Below, in pieces: positions 39,690 to 49,760 of a stretch of 64,000 nucleotides of DNA. The notes beneath the pieces are model-generated. The model saw only the letters and a program-made list of their open reading frames with translations. It was not told where the DNA came from and did not search any database. The position numbers and the translations under genes are program-made. The stretch spans positions 854,281-918,280 of the forward strand of contig CM082584.2 of the NCBI GenBank assembly GCA_040954595.2. Reading direction: 5' to 3'. Origin of the DNA: Balanoglossus misakiensis (taxonomy: Eukaryota > Animalia > Hemichordata). The stretch's first letter is position 1. Each line of letters opens with the position of its first letter.

Positions 39690-42312
39690 TTAGTCACGAA
39701 AGCTAAATGGTTACCTCAGAGAAACTGTGTTAAATTTGGTCATCATTGTTTTAAATCACACAAGACATTCCCACAGCTAAGTTACTGCAGCAGTCAGTTT
39801 CAACTCAGCTTGCAAATTGGGATCATGTCTTGTGTTCATCGAGACTGTCTGTAGTCGAGTTGACAGTCACTACAACTGTACTGCAAATATGGCAGGGTTG
39901 GGCAACTCTTCTAATTTGCATTTGAACACCTTTTCTGTTTGCGTCAAAATGATGAATAATGTTTCGTTTTCAAGAATGCCTTAATATGGGCACCCAATAC
40001 AAGACAACTGCATTGCAAATGGCATTTTCATTCAACTCTCCTGGGTACCTAAAACAATTTCAACATGGTTGACATGGCAATATTAGACAACTGTTCTAAT
40101 TTGCATAATCCAAAATGGCCGCCAAATTTCTCTAACATGTTAATTTCCCATATTTGTTTTAAATGGTGTGTAATATCGAATTTGCAGGGTTTCCATTAAT
40201 ATGGGTACCTAAAACAATTTCAACATGGTTGACATGGCAATATTAGACAACTGATCTAATTTGCATAATTCAAACACCTGCTGGATAATTTAACTTTTGC
40301 CATTCTTGTCCCATGATTGTATGTATTATATCTCATAACAGGCAATTAAGTGTGCTAATTGTCAAGCCAATCTTAATTCTTCATCTGCACCACAAATCAG
40401 ATGCAAGGTTTAGGACTGGGAGTGTATGTGGGAGCAGCATATAGGGGCCTACAGGTATCTTTAATGGCAAGTCCTCGGTTAAAGCCAGAAGGTTTTCAGG
40501 TTGTAGGCCTCTATTGTATCTACAACAGTTTCTATCACCTCCATCCCACTGGCCGGCACCCGAGGGGGGGGGGGTACTTGAAATTTTTTCGGATGGTAGT
40601 CTGTCGCCCCAGTCGATAACATCAACACGTGTAAATGCCCAAAACCCGACCTATTTGTATTATAAGTCAAATTTTCTGGTCATTTACCCCAAGTTTTTCT
40701 TAAAGACTACATACCTATACACCTTTGTATGGGAGAACACATCCCCCACCCCCTGCCAACACTAATTGGACAACTTTATTCTTGTTATACTTCTTTATAA
40801 GTCTAAATGTTCAGTAAGAAAAGGCAACAAGTTATTGAAGCTGCTGACCATGGAAACTATGATGAAGTATATTTTTTTCCTAGCTGTACATGTACAGTAT
40901 AATTGGCCCAATGTACCAATTGGAGATGTGTGCCTTACAAGCAACACAGGTTGTATATCCAAGCCTTGTCTGTTGGCACTATGAAGGGTATTGGAAGAAT
41001 GTCTCTGCTGGCCACTTTGGCCAGCCACTTTTGGCCAGCAGACTATCAAAAGGGTCAAGAAAATAGCCCTAAAAGGTATGGCACTGTATGCAAATCTAGT
41101 GCAGGAGTGGATTGATACATTTCCCATCACTGTACATGCATCATCCTGTATGGATGATATGTACTCTAGCATTATGCACCAGATAAAAATGGTCAAAATT
41201 GCAAAAAAAAGGAGATGAAACTCCCACTGGCCTTTAACGCAATCCATAGATAAAGAGACAACATGTTCAGGCATTGGCTCTAAACATGGTGGATACTGAC
41301 GAGGGTGTGGTGAATGATGGTGAATCCCTGGATGTTTTGAGGTCGGAATTCTGAAAAGGATTCCCATCGTGAGATTGAGGAACAGGATGATGCAGAGGGG
41401 CTGGCTCTTTGTGACTCCTATCAGTGGGGATAGACATATGTTTGGGATACAGAGGTTGCACTTCCTTGCTTCATGATTAGTACGGTAACACTGCCAAATT
41501 TGCAACACAGTTGTATTGTTAAAGGTACCCATATGAATGTGCTAATCCTGAAAATACGCGATATTGCGCATCATTTTGGGAAACATGGCAAAATTTCACT
41601 TTTAGTGGAGATTGGCGGCCATTTTTGATTATGCAAAATAGAAAAGTTGCCAAACACTGCCATATTTGCAATACATAACCAATATGGATGCAAATCCTGA
41701 AATTTTAGATATTACACATAATTTGAGAAAAAAGGGCCAAGTTTTATTTTAGAGAAGGTATTTGGCGGCCATTTTTGATCATGCATATTAGAAGAATTGT
41801 CCAACATTGCCATTTTGGCAACTCAGCTGGAATAGGTCTAGGCTCCCATATGAATGCCAATAAGCAAAAAACTTCATAGGAAAGAAAATTTCTAGGTAGG
41901 AAAATTTTGACTTCTGGTTCTAATAATAGGTGTAAGGATGTGATCGTTTGATTTTGCAACATTTTACAATTTCAAGCTGTGTGTATTTAACTCTGGTGCA
42001 ATTCTGGTTGGAGAGACAAATGGCTTAAGCCATTTAATTGAAAATATAGCACTACTTCACCAGGGTTGTGCAGTACCTTTGACAACGCTTTGAACAATGT
42101 TGCAAAAAGCTTTGTGTTGAAGCTTGCTACAAGACTTGGCGTGCTGAAGCCTCTTATACTAGTCTTAGTTGAACCTCAGCTGTAACTACGTTTGTGAAAC
42201 CTTAACATTCAAATCTTTGGCCAAAGTTAGTGTTGCAAAGCTTCTTCAAAGTTTTGTGAACCTCAACAATGCTTTTCTATAGAAACCTTTAAACATGCGG
42301 GGGGGGGGGGGG

Positions 42313-42516
42313 TGTAGTATTCTGACAGCTACGATCAATATAGCGCCCTCTAGTGTTGCATTGTTGGTGTTCCACTTGTTTATGAATTGCTGTACGACGT
42401 CACTTCCGCCCAGATAAGGCGAAGCACATTGTTGAGTCTTTTCAGCCGATCAATAAATAGGTTGTTGTTATACCTTATGATCGCATTATTATTCCCATGT
42501 TGATGGAAACATAACA
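42313..42516 (+). repeat. 5' LTR
   Basis: tgtagtattc...gaaacataaca; one mismatch to the 3' LTR. Confidence 0.97.
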
Positions 42517-42530
42517 TGGTGGCAGCGGTG
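42517..42530 (+). promoter_or_regulatory. primer binding site, tRNA-Leu type
   Basis: TGGTGGCAGCGGTG is complementary to ..CACCGCUGCCACCA, the 3' end of metazoan tRNA-Leu(AAG/UAG). Confidence 0.8.
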
Positions 42531-42626
42531 AACGTGAGTGATCAGATGTAAGCAGACTTTACACACTATCGACTACACAAGACACCAAAACTACAGAAGA
42601 AAAGACCATCGAACTGACCTGACAAG

Positions 42627-45455
42627 ATGGCGGCCGCACTACAAACGCCCTTCACAGCCCCAAAGATGGAATGGGACGCGCCAGATCTAGCAATAGCCTT
42701 CAGTCGTTTTCGTCAAAAATGTGAGTTAACATTTAAGACAGCACTTAAAGATGCTAACGATGAAGAGAAAGCTAGCTACATACTTCTATGGTCCGGTGAA
42801 CCAGGTCTTGACAAATACAACAGTTGGTCGTTTGAAAATGAAGACCAGCGGAAAGACCCCACAGTACTATTCGACAAATTTTCCGAACACTTAGAGCCGA
42901 AGTCGAATCATCGCATACATAGATACCAATTCCAAGATATGAGACAAGACCCTGGAGAACCAGTTGATGATTTCTTTTCGAAATTGAAAAATGAAGCCGC
43001 CAAATGCAAATTTGGGGATACAAAAGAACCGGAAGCAAGACTCGTAGATCAGTTGATATGGGGGATCTGTCACCAAGAAATACAGAAGAAACTTATTGGG
43101 CGTGATGAGAAACTGACCTTGAAGGAGGCGCTCGATATAGCTAGAGGTCACGAAGCCACAACAAAACACATGAAAACGCTCACAAATTGCCATATTGCTA
43201 ATCCTGTGGATAGCAAAGCTGTCAACGCAGTAAAAAGGCAGCCCAACAAGACACACCCCAAACAATGTAAGCATTGCGGAAAAAAGCATGACACCTCAGT
43301 GAAAAGTAACTGCCCAGCATATGGCTCGAAATGCCGAAATTGTGGGAAACCTAATCACTGGCAGGCGGTATGCCGTTCCAAAACCAGCTCAAGCGAACCG
43401 AAGTCACAGCAGAGACGAGGTGGAAAACCAATCCATAATGTGACACGCTCGAGCAGCAACATGCATCAAATAGATGATGAAGTCCTAGATGTTGGAACTA
43501 TCGAAATAAATGCATTGGACAACATCAACAGACAAGAAGAAATATACACGAAACTGACAATCACACAGAGCGAAAAGAAAAGGAAAGTAGCACTGAGATG
43601 CAAGTTTGATACCGGTGCACAGAGCAATATACTGCCCCTCTGCCTTTTCAAGATCATATTTCCAGAGAAACTGGATAAACACGGAAATCCAAAACGCGGG
43701 CACTTGAAGGAAAATAAAACAATCCTTACCGCATATGGAGGTTCCAAAATCAAACAGCTTGGCACCATCGTCATTCCATGTGAACATAGAGAGAGGAAAA
43801 TCAGATGCCTCTTCTATGTAACTGACGCCGCAGGCCCAGCCATTTTAGGGTTAAAGGCAAGCAGAGCCTTAAACCTGATACAAATAAACTGTTCAGTAGA
43901 AGCCATACAAGTGCAGGCGAGCCCAGAGTGCAAGACAGCACAGCCTGGAAGAAATGTGGAAGTGGAAAAGAGAAAGATGAACGAACAGAAGCCAGCAGGA
44001 AGAAACAGAAACCCTGCAGATGACTACATAGACAGTAATACACCCATCAGGGACCGCCCTCCCATAAAGAACAAAGAACAGTTGCTGAGGATGTACCCTG
44101 ATTGCTTTGACGACGTGGTCGGATGTTTTGAAAACTACACATACCACATCACTCTTGATCCAGAAGTACAACCAGTAGTACACCCTGCCCGCAGAGTTCC
44201 ATTAGAACTAATGGATAGACTCAAAACCGAGCTGCAGGAGATGGAAGATAAGCAAATCATCGCCAAAGTGAACCAGCCTACGAACTGGGTCAATTCTCTT
44301 GTTGTCCGGGAGAAAGACAATGGAAGACTTCGCATTTGTCTGGACCCGAAGGACTTGAACAAAGCCATTAAAAGGGATCATTACCCTACACCCACATTGG
44401 AGGAGATTACCCCAAAGTTGGCAGGCGCAACACTTTTCAGCAAGCTAGACGCGCGGAACGGATACTGGAATGTAAAGATCGATGAAGAATCATCCTTCCT
44501 GACGACCTTTAACACACCATATGGCCGTTACAGATTCCTACGAATGCCATTTGGGCTAAGGATGAGCCAAGATGTGTTTCAATTCAAAATTGATGAAACA
44601 TACAGAGAGTGTGAAGGTGCAGTCGGCATTGCAGACGATATACAAGTCTTCGGATCAGGAGAGCGACACCATGACCTGCATCTACACGAAGCCATGGAAC
44701 GAACCAGGAAAGCAGGCATTAAACTGAACAAAGAGAAATGCTACATCAAGACAAAAGAATGTAGTTTCTTTGGCATGTTATACACAGAAGACGGAGTTAA
44801 ACCCAACCCAGAAAAGGTCAAGGCGATAGAGATGATGCATCCGCCTAGAGACAAGAACGAACTGCGCACATTCCTCGGAATGGTGAACTACATGGGTTCA
44901 TTCATACCCAGATTAGCTGAACACACAGCACCACTGAGAGAGCTCATCAGAGACGACACTGAGTTTGAGTGGTCTCCGACACAAACAAAGTCTTTCAATA
45001 TGATCAAGGACCTGATCAGCACAAAGACTACACTTGCTTACTACGACCGTAAGAAGCCTGTCACTCTACAAGTCGACGCATCGGGAAAGGGAATCGGAGC
45101 GGTGCTCATACAGGAACAGAGACCTATAGCATTTGCGTCCAAGGCCCTGACACCAGCGGAAACCCGATACGCCAATATAGAAAGAGAACTACTCGCGGTA
45201 GTCTACGGATGTGAGAAGTTTCGCACATATCTCTACGGCAGAAGTTTCATAGTAGAGAGTGATCATCGACCGTTGGAACAAATTCAGAGGAAGAATTTGA
45301 CCAAGGCACCACCCCGATTACAGAGAATGCTGTTGCGCATACAGCCGTATGATTTCACCATACACTACAAGCCAGGCAAACAGATGATACTTGCCGACGC
45401 ACTATGTAGACTGTCACCACAAGATCAGAACGAAATCAGTGACATGAAAGTCTAG
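42627..45455 (+). CDS. Gypsy gag-pol: gag with zinc knuckle, aspartic protease, RT, RNase H
   Basis: CRNCGKPNHWQAVC; FDTGAQ; LDARNGYW..RMPFGL..IADD; DAS..ERELLAVV..ESDHRPL. Confidence 0.97.
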   Translation: MAAALQTPFTAPKMEWDAPDLAIAFSRFRQKCELTFKTALKDANDEEKASYILLWSGEPGLDKYNSWSFENEDQRKDPTVLFDKFSEHLEPKSNHRIHRYQFQDMRQDPGEPVDDFFSKLKNEAAKCKFGDTKEPEARLVDQLIWGICHQEIQKKLIGRDEKLTLKEALDIARGHEATTKHMKTLTNCHIANPVDSKAVNAVKRQPNKTHPKQCKHCGKKHDTSVKSNCPAYGSKCRNCGKPNHWQAVCRSKTSSSEPKSQQRRGGKPIHNVTRSSSNMHQIDDEVLDVGTIEINALDNINRQEEIYTKLTITQSEKKRKVALRCKFDTGAQSNILPLCLFKIIFPEKLDKHGNPKRGHLKENKTILTAYGGSKIKQLGTIVIPCEHRERKIRCLFYVTDAAGPAILGLKASRALNLIQINCSVEAIQVQASPECKTAQPGRNVEVEKRKMNEQKPAGRNRNPADDYIDSNTPIRDRPPIKNKEQLLRMYPDCFDDVVGCFENYTYHITLDPEVQPVVHPARRVPLELMDRLKTELQEMEDKQIIAKVNQPTNWVNSLVVREKDNGRLRICLDPKDLNKAIKRDHYPTPTLEEITPKLAGATLFSKLDARNGYWNVKIDEESSFLTTFNTPYGRYRFLRMPFGLRMSQDVFQFKIDETYRECEGAVGIADDIQVFGSGERHHDLHLHEAMERTRKAGIKLNKEKCYIKTKECSFFGMLYTEDGVKPNPEKVKAIEMMHPPRDKNELRTFLGMVNYMGSFIPRLAEHTAPLRELIRDDTEFEWSPTQTKSFNMIKDLISTKTTLAYYDRKKPVTLQVDASGKGIGAVLIQEQRPIAFASKALTPAETRYANIERELLAVVYGCEKFRTYLYGRSFIVESDHRPLEQIQRKNLTKAPPRLQRMLLRIQPYDFTIHYKPGKQMILADALCRLSPQDQNEISDMKV

Positions 45456-45491
45456 ATACACCACCTGGTGAAGATCACACCAATGTGACAG

Positions 45492-46778
45492 ATGGAGATC
45501 AAAGAAGGAACTACCAAAGATGAAATTCTTCAATTATTGATCGAGCAAGTCCTGAAAGGATGGCCAGATAGCATCAAGGACATTCACGCTGATATTCGAC
45601 CCTACTGGTCTATTCGAGACGATATCGCTATCGAAGATGGTATTATCCTGATAGGCAGCCGACTCCTCATACCAGCAGTAATGAGAGATGAAATGCTACA
45701 ACGCATTCATAGCAGTCACCTGGGGATTGAGAAATGCAAGCTGAGAGCCAGATCCAGCGTGTACTGGCCTGGAATTTGTAAAGATATAGAGAGACTAGTA
45801 ACAGGATGCAACGCGTGCCAGAAATTCCAGAATTCCCAGCAGAAGGAACCGATGATTCCAATGGAAATTCCACCACGACCGTGGCACACAATTGGAGCAG
45901 ACCTATTCTACGTGAACCAAACATGGTACATGATAGTTGCTGACTACTACTCCAAGTTCCCCTTCATTAGGAAACTTGAAGACCTCAGAGCCAGTACCAT
46001 TATGAGAGCCCTCCGAATTCTATTTGCAGAGCAAGGAATACCCGAGAAACTAGTTTGTGACAACGGATCTCAGTTTACAGCTAGAGACTTCCACAGCCTA
46101 ACTGAGAAGTATGGTTTTGCGATAGTCACATCATCACCATACTATCCCAAAGGGCACGGTTTTATCGAGCGACATGTACAGACCGTGAAGAACATCCTGA
46201 TGAAGTGCAAAGAGTCCGGAGATGATCCGAATCTAGCATTGTTGGCACTTCGCGCGACTCCATTGAAGTCCAACATACCATCACCAGCTGAGTTGCTGAA
46301 CAGCAGAGCATACAAGACAACTCTCCCAGCCAAAATTCACCCAGCAAGAAACGGGGAGGAAGTTCGTCAATACCTGACATCTCAACAGCAGGCCCAGACT
46401 TCCAGCCACGACCAGCACTCCAGACAACTACCAGAATTGCTGACAGGTCAACAAGTCCATGTACAAAGCCCAATCAGCAAAACATGGAGTCCAGCGAGAG
46501 TTGTAGCCCCAGCAAACACACCTAGGTCCTACACCGTGAAGTTAGACAACGGGAAACAAATGCGACGCAACAGGATCCACATGAAACCAGTCAGCGCAGA
46601 ACTGAAACCAGCACAGACAGGGATGGATCAACACAATATTGCACCAGCAGTCACAGACGGAACACCGCCTCAACAACCCGCAATGCCAGCGTCACCAGCC
46701 CAAGAATCGTTGAGATCAACACGAACCAGAACAAATATACAAAAGCCGTCTCGATACAAAGATTATGTGACTGATTGA
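45492..46778 (+). CDS. Gypsy integrase (same frame as upstream pol, separated by two stops)
   Basis: HSSHLG..CNAC zinc-binding domain; ADLF / CDNGSQF / ERHV DDE core. Confidence 0.95.
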   Translation: MEIKEGTTKDEILQLLIEQVLKGWPDSIKDIHADIRPYWSIRDDIAIEDGIILIGSRLLIPAVMRDEMLQRIHSSHLGIEKCKLRARSSVYWPGICKDIERLVTGCNACQKFQNSQQKEPMIPMEIPPRPWHTIGADLFYVNQTWYMIVADYYSKFPFIRKLEDLRASTIMRALRILFAEQGIPEKLVCDNGSQFTARDFHSLTEKYGFAIVTSSPYYPKGHGFIERHVQTVKNILMKCKESGDDPNLALLALRATPLKSNIPSPAELLNSRAYKTTLPAKIHPARNGEEVRQYLTSQQQAQTSSHDQHSRQLPELLTGQQVHVQSPISKTWSPARVVAPANTPRSYTVKLDNGKQMRRNRIHMKPVSAELKPAQTGMDQHNIAPAVTDGTPPQQPAMPASPAQESLRSTRTRTNIQKPSRYKDYVTD

Positions 46779-46997
46779 TAGCTTTTTCTGATATTGAGAT
46801 ACGCCATTTGTTCCACAGAAAGTTGAGTTATACAGAGGAAAATTTATCACATTTTTCCCAGAGTATTTTTCATGTTCGTTGCGTTTGATTTTGACAAAGA
46901 CTGATTCAAGATGAATGCAGAGTTTGCACAGGACAATTCACAGTGACATTCGTATTCAAAAAGAGTTTTGAAACAATTTATCTTAAAGAAGAGGGGA

Positions 46998-47201
46998 TGT
47001 AGTATTCTGACAGCTACGATCAATATAGCGCCCTCTAGTGTTGCATTGTTGGTGTTCCACTTGTTTATGAATTGCTGTACGATGTCACTTCCGCCCAGAT
47101 AAGGCGAAGCACATTGTTGAGTCTTTTCAGCCGATCAATAAATAGGTTGTTGTTATACCTTATGATCGCATTATTATTCCCATGTTGATGGAAACATAAC
47201 A
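46998..47201 (+). repeat. 3' LTR
   Basis: preceded by the polypurine tract at 46985-46997. Confidence 0.97.
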
Positions 47202-48630
47202 GGGGGGACACCAACATCGTAGTCAGTGAGGTCATCTATGGTGGTGGGCGCGTCTTCCACTCGGCACTCCTCCGCGCACGCTTGGGGGATAAAAAATGCA
47301 TCAAAAACCCCTGGCGCGTCCTCGCTCCCCCTGCGGCGATGGATTCTGTGCGACTGCTTCCGCCCCCGTCCTCTCTGGTTGCTGTGTCCGGATTGATGAT
47401 GTTTTCCGGTGAGGTCGGATTTCCCGGAATTCTTCCTGTCGTGATTGGGATACCCACCTCAGCAGTATGCTAAGGACACGCCAGTGGATGAGAATCGCTG
47501 GTGTGGTGGGGGAGCTCAGTCGGAACCTGTTCGGCACCTCCCACCCCCGGAAGACGCACAGGCGCTTCATCATCACCATGGACTCCGGTGAACAAAAGGA
47601 TTCCGTAGGGATCCGTCCAGGTCCGCCCCTGCGGATATAGAAGTCTAGCAGGTCGGGTATTTCATTTCCTGGACCACACAGCCAGTATAGGTGAGTTTCT
47701 CTAACGCCTCCACCGCGTCCCGCTCGCGGAATACTACCGGCTTCTCAGTAAAAATAACTGGAAGGTGGCACTGAAAGGCGTGTTTCTTCAGTTTGCGCGT
47801 GGACCTCCGGCCTCCCGGGAACGGACATGGAGAAGGGCCTGATGAGTAATGTGGAACAGAGGATAGGGGGCTCCTTCGGGCCGGCCTGGCGCTCCTCCAG
47901 CGGCGTTCGTCTTCTTTGGGCGGTTCCGGAGTCGGATACCGGATCGGTGATCGACGTCTGGGGCTGAGATCTCCCCAGCGTGAAAAGGATGGTCGTTCAC
48001 GGGAAGGTGGGCGGTCCCGCCTTTCCTCTCGAGAACGCTCCGGTCGCGGCGACCGGGTTGGGGATCTGGACCTAGTAGGGCTGCCGGGGTGGCGTCGAAG
48101 TTCCCAGGGGATTAGATATTCCCCCGCCTCCAACGTCGCCTCCAGCTCCAATGGGTTGATCAGTGACTGCAGCGGCAGCATTTCTTGGCGTGGGGGTGAT
48201 GGCTCCTACAGCAGCCGTTGGTTTCCCCCGTCTCTCGCTACTGCTATTGGGGGTGATACACGGGTGCGGGGTGGGTCTGGCCCTTCCGACACCTCCATCG
48301 CCTGGTCCTTGTCGCCACCGAGTACCTGTTTTTCCAGCTGCGGATCCCGGAAGATGCTCAAAGTTTCCTCCAGGTCGTCAGCTGCGGTGGTGGTTCTTGT
48401 GGGCTCTTGCGGGGAGATATGGCCAACGAATCCCCCACGTACGCGGCCTGGATTGAACTCCCGAGGTAGTGTGCAGGTTTTTATGGCTGCGTCGGATGGT
48501 ACGGGCAGGTTGGCTTCGGTCTTTTCCTTCCCGTATACATGCATGGCCTCCTCCCGTACCGTGGACATCCATCCTATGTCGCCTAGAACCGTGGCTACTT
48601 GACAGTTCTCACGGAGCATCAGGAACAGTA
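47202..48630 (-). pseudogene. GC-rich disrupted ORF: RS/P-rich region, CPFPG..H-x4-H, LIHWR motif, start of TatD-like nuclease
   Basis: Frame 48630-47645 with internal TAG at 48208-48206, then frameshifts. GVFDAFF..TIDDLTDYDVGVPP resembles the FDSHFHLDR start of invertebrate TatD-like proteins (recalled similarity, not searched). Truncated at the G-run next to the LTR. Confidence 0.55.
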
Positions 48631-48643
48631 TTTTATGTCTCAC

Positions 48644-49537
48644 CTCCACTTCAGTTGTCGCTGTTGTATTTAATGTGGACGATGTTTTATATCTGTTGAT
48701 AACCAATGGGCCTAGTTTAACTGTGGCACCTACATCCAGTGGCAGCGCTGTTTTCTCACCCCAAAGGTTGACTTCAGCATCTCTTGTGCCATCAGTTATG
48801 GTCAGTTTACGTCTCTTTGTAGAATTCGATGTATGTGTCACTGATTCATACTGTAGTGGAAATAAAATGGAAAACAGTGAATGTTAATAATTACGAGTAG
48901 TAAATGTTGTGGAGAAATAGTGCAAGAGTGGTTGTTTTTTGTCAGTTGCTTTTTAAAATTTGAACTGCAAAATGATGAATCGATGGCAGTAATTTTGACC
49001 CGAGGTGAGTTGACAAGGCATGGTTGTATCATATAAATGGATTTTCAATGTACGTGATCGCATGGAGGCTGCCATATTGGATTACATCCGAAGACCTTCC
49101 CATTGGGCTTCGGTTGAATTCGGGAAAGGTCTCTAAAATGTAATGGGTCATTCAATTTTGTAGAGTAAATTTCTAAAAATGTAGAAGATGGGAGGTTAAG
49201 ATACCCAAAATGACTACGGCAAAAAAAAAGTCAGGCCCATAAGTTACGGGGTGCGATTATAACGTACCTTTGCTCTATCATAGAGGCAAATGGTATTATC
49301 TCTTCCAGTGGAAAAGTTGCGGAGCTGTACGTATTCTCCCTTCTGTAATCTGTTCAGCCACTTCGGATTTTCTTTCCAGAATTTAAGTTCCAGAACGTTG
49401 CCATCCTGCTGCATACAAGGCACGCTAAACAGTTTCCCGTTGGCGGAATTCCGGATCTCGACATCCTCCATGAGGCGCAATTTCAGTGCCACGCCTTGGC
49501 TGGTTGGGGATGAGGGACCGGGAGCCGGGGATGCCAT
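48644..49537 (-). pseudogene. OB-fold (SSB/RPA-like) gene, exons 49537-49268 and 48850-48644
   Basis: Phase-0 GT-AG exons; MQQDGNVLELKFW..LQKGEYVQLRNF and RKLTITDGTRDAEVNLWGE..LDVGATVKL match the DxxG-x-x-x-x-xW OB-fold pattern; non-coding exon donor AAAG|gtagg at 49822. Confidence 0.65.
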
Positions 49538-49760
49538 AACGCCGTTAAACCTGAAAAATAGATTGAGAGTGGATATTGTTTTACACAATTTTTAAACATT
49601 GAAGTAAAGTATTTGAATGATGGAGTCCGATAAAAAAGTGAGTTGGTGATTGCGGCATCCGACTTCGTTATTAAAAATGGAAAGATTTGCGATTTGAGAT
49701 TCGGTTACCATTTGCAAGTTTGAAAGGAAATATTTCATTGAAGCACAGTGGCAACTACTG

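Larger units (their letters stand above)
28975..40950. repeat. right arm of large inverted segmental duplication
   Basis: Mirror of 12613-22690; longer because of arm-specific insertions. Confidence 0.93.
42313..47201 (+). mobile_element. full-length Ty3/Gypsy LTR retrotransposon (Mag-like)
   Basis: 204-bp TG..CA LTRs; PBS TGGTGGCAGCGGTG; PPT AAAGAAGAGGGGA; gag-PR-RT-RH-IN order; G-run on both flanks. Confidence 0.98.

Noticed and set aside
12613-40950. Assembly fold-back artefact, or one giant TIR transposon such as a Polinton
   Set aside because: The arms are diverged and carry independent insertions; no terminal motif or TSD, and no polymerase, integrase or capsid in the spacer.
40795-41532. 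245-aa minus-strand ORF
   Set aside because: No recognisable domain; it overlaps palindrome-arm sequence whose mirror copy shows no equivalent long ORF.
45486-45488. Selenocysteine or readthrough codon in the Gypsy pol
   Set aside because: Preceded by an in-frame TAG, no SECIS seen, and a CGA>TGA mutation is simpler.
47916-48602. 228-aa plus-strand ORF
   Set aside because: Antisense shadow of the GC-rich minus-strand ORF.
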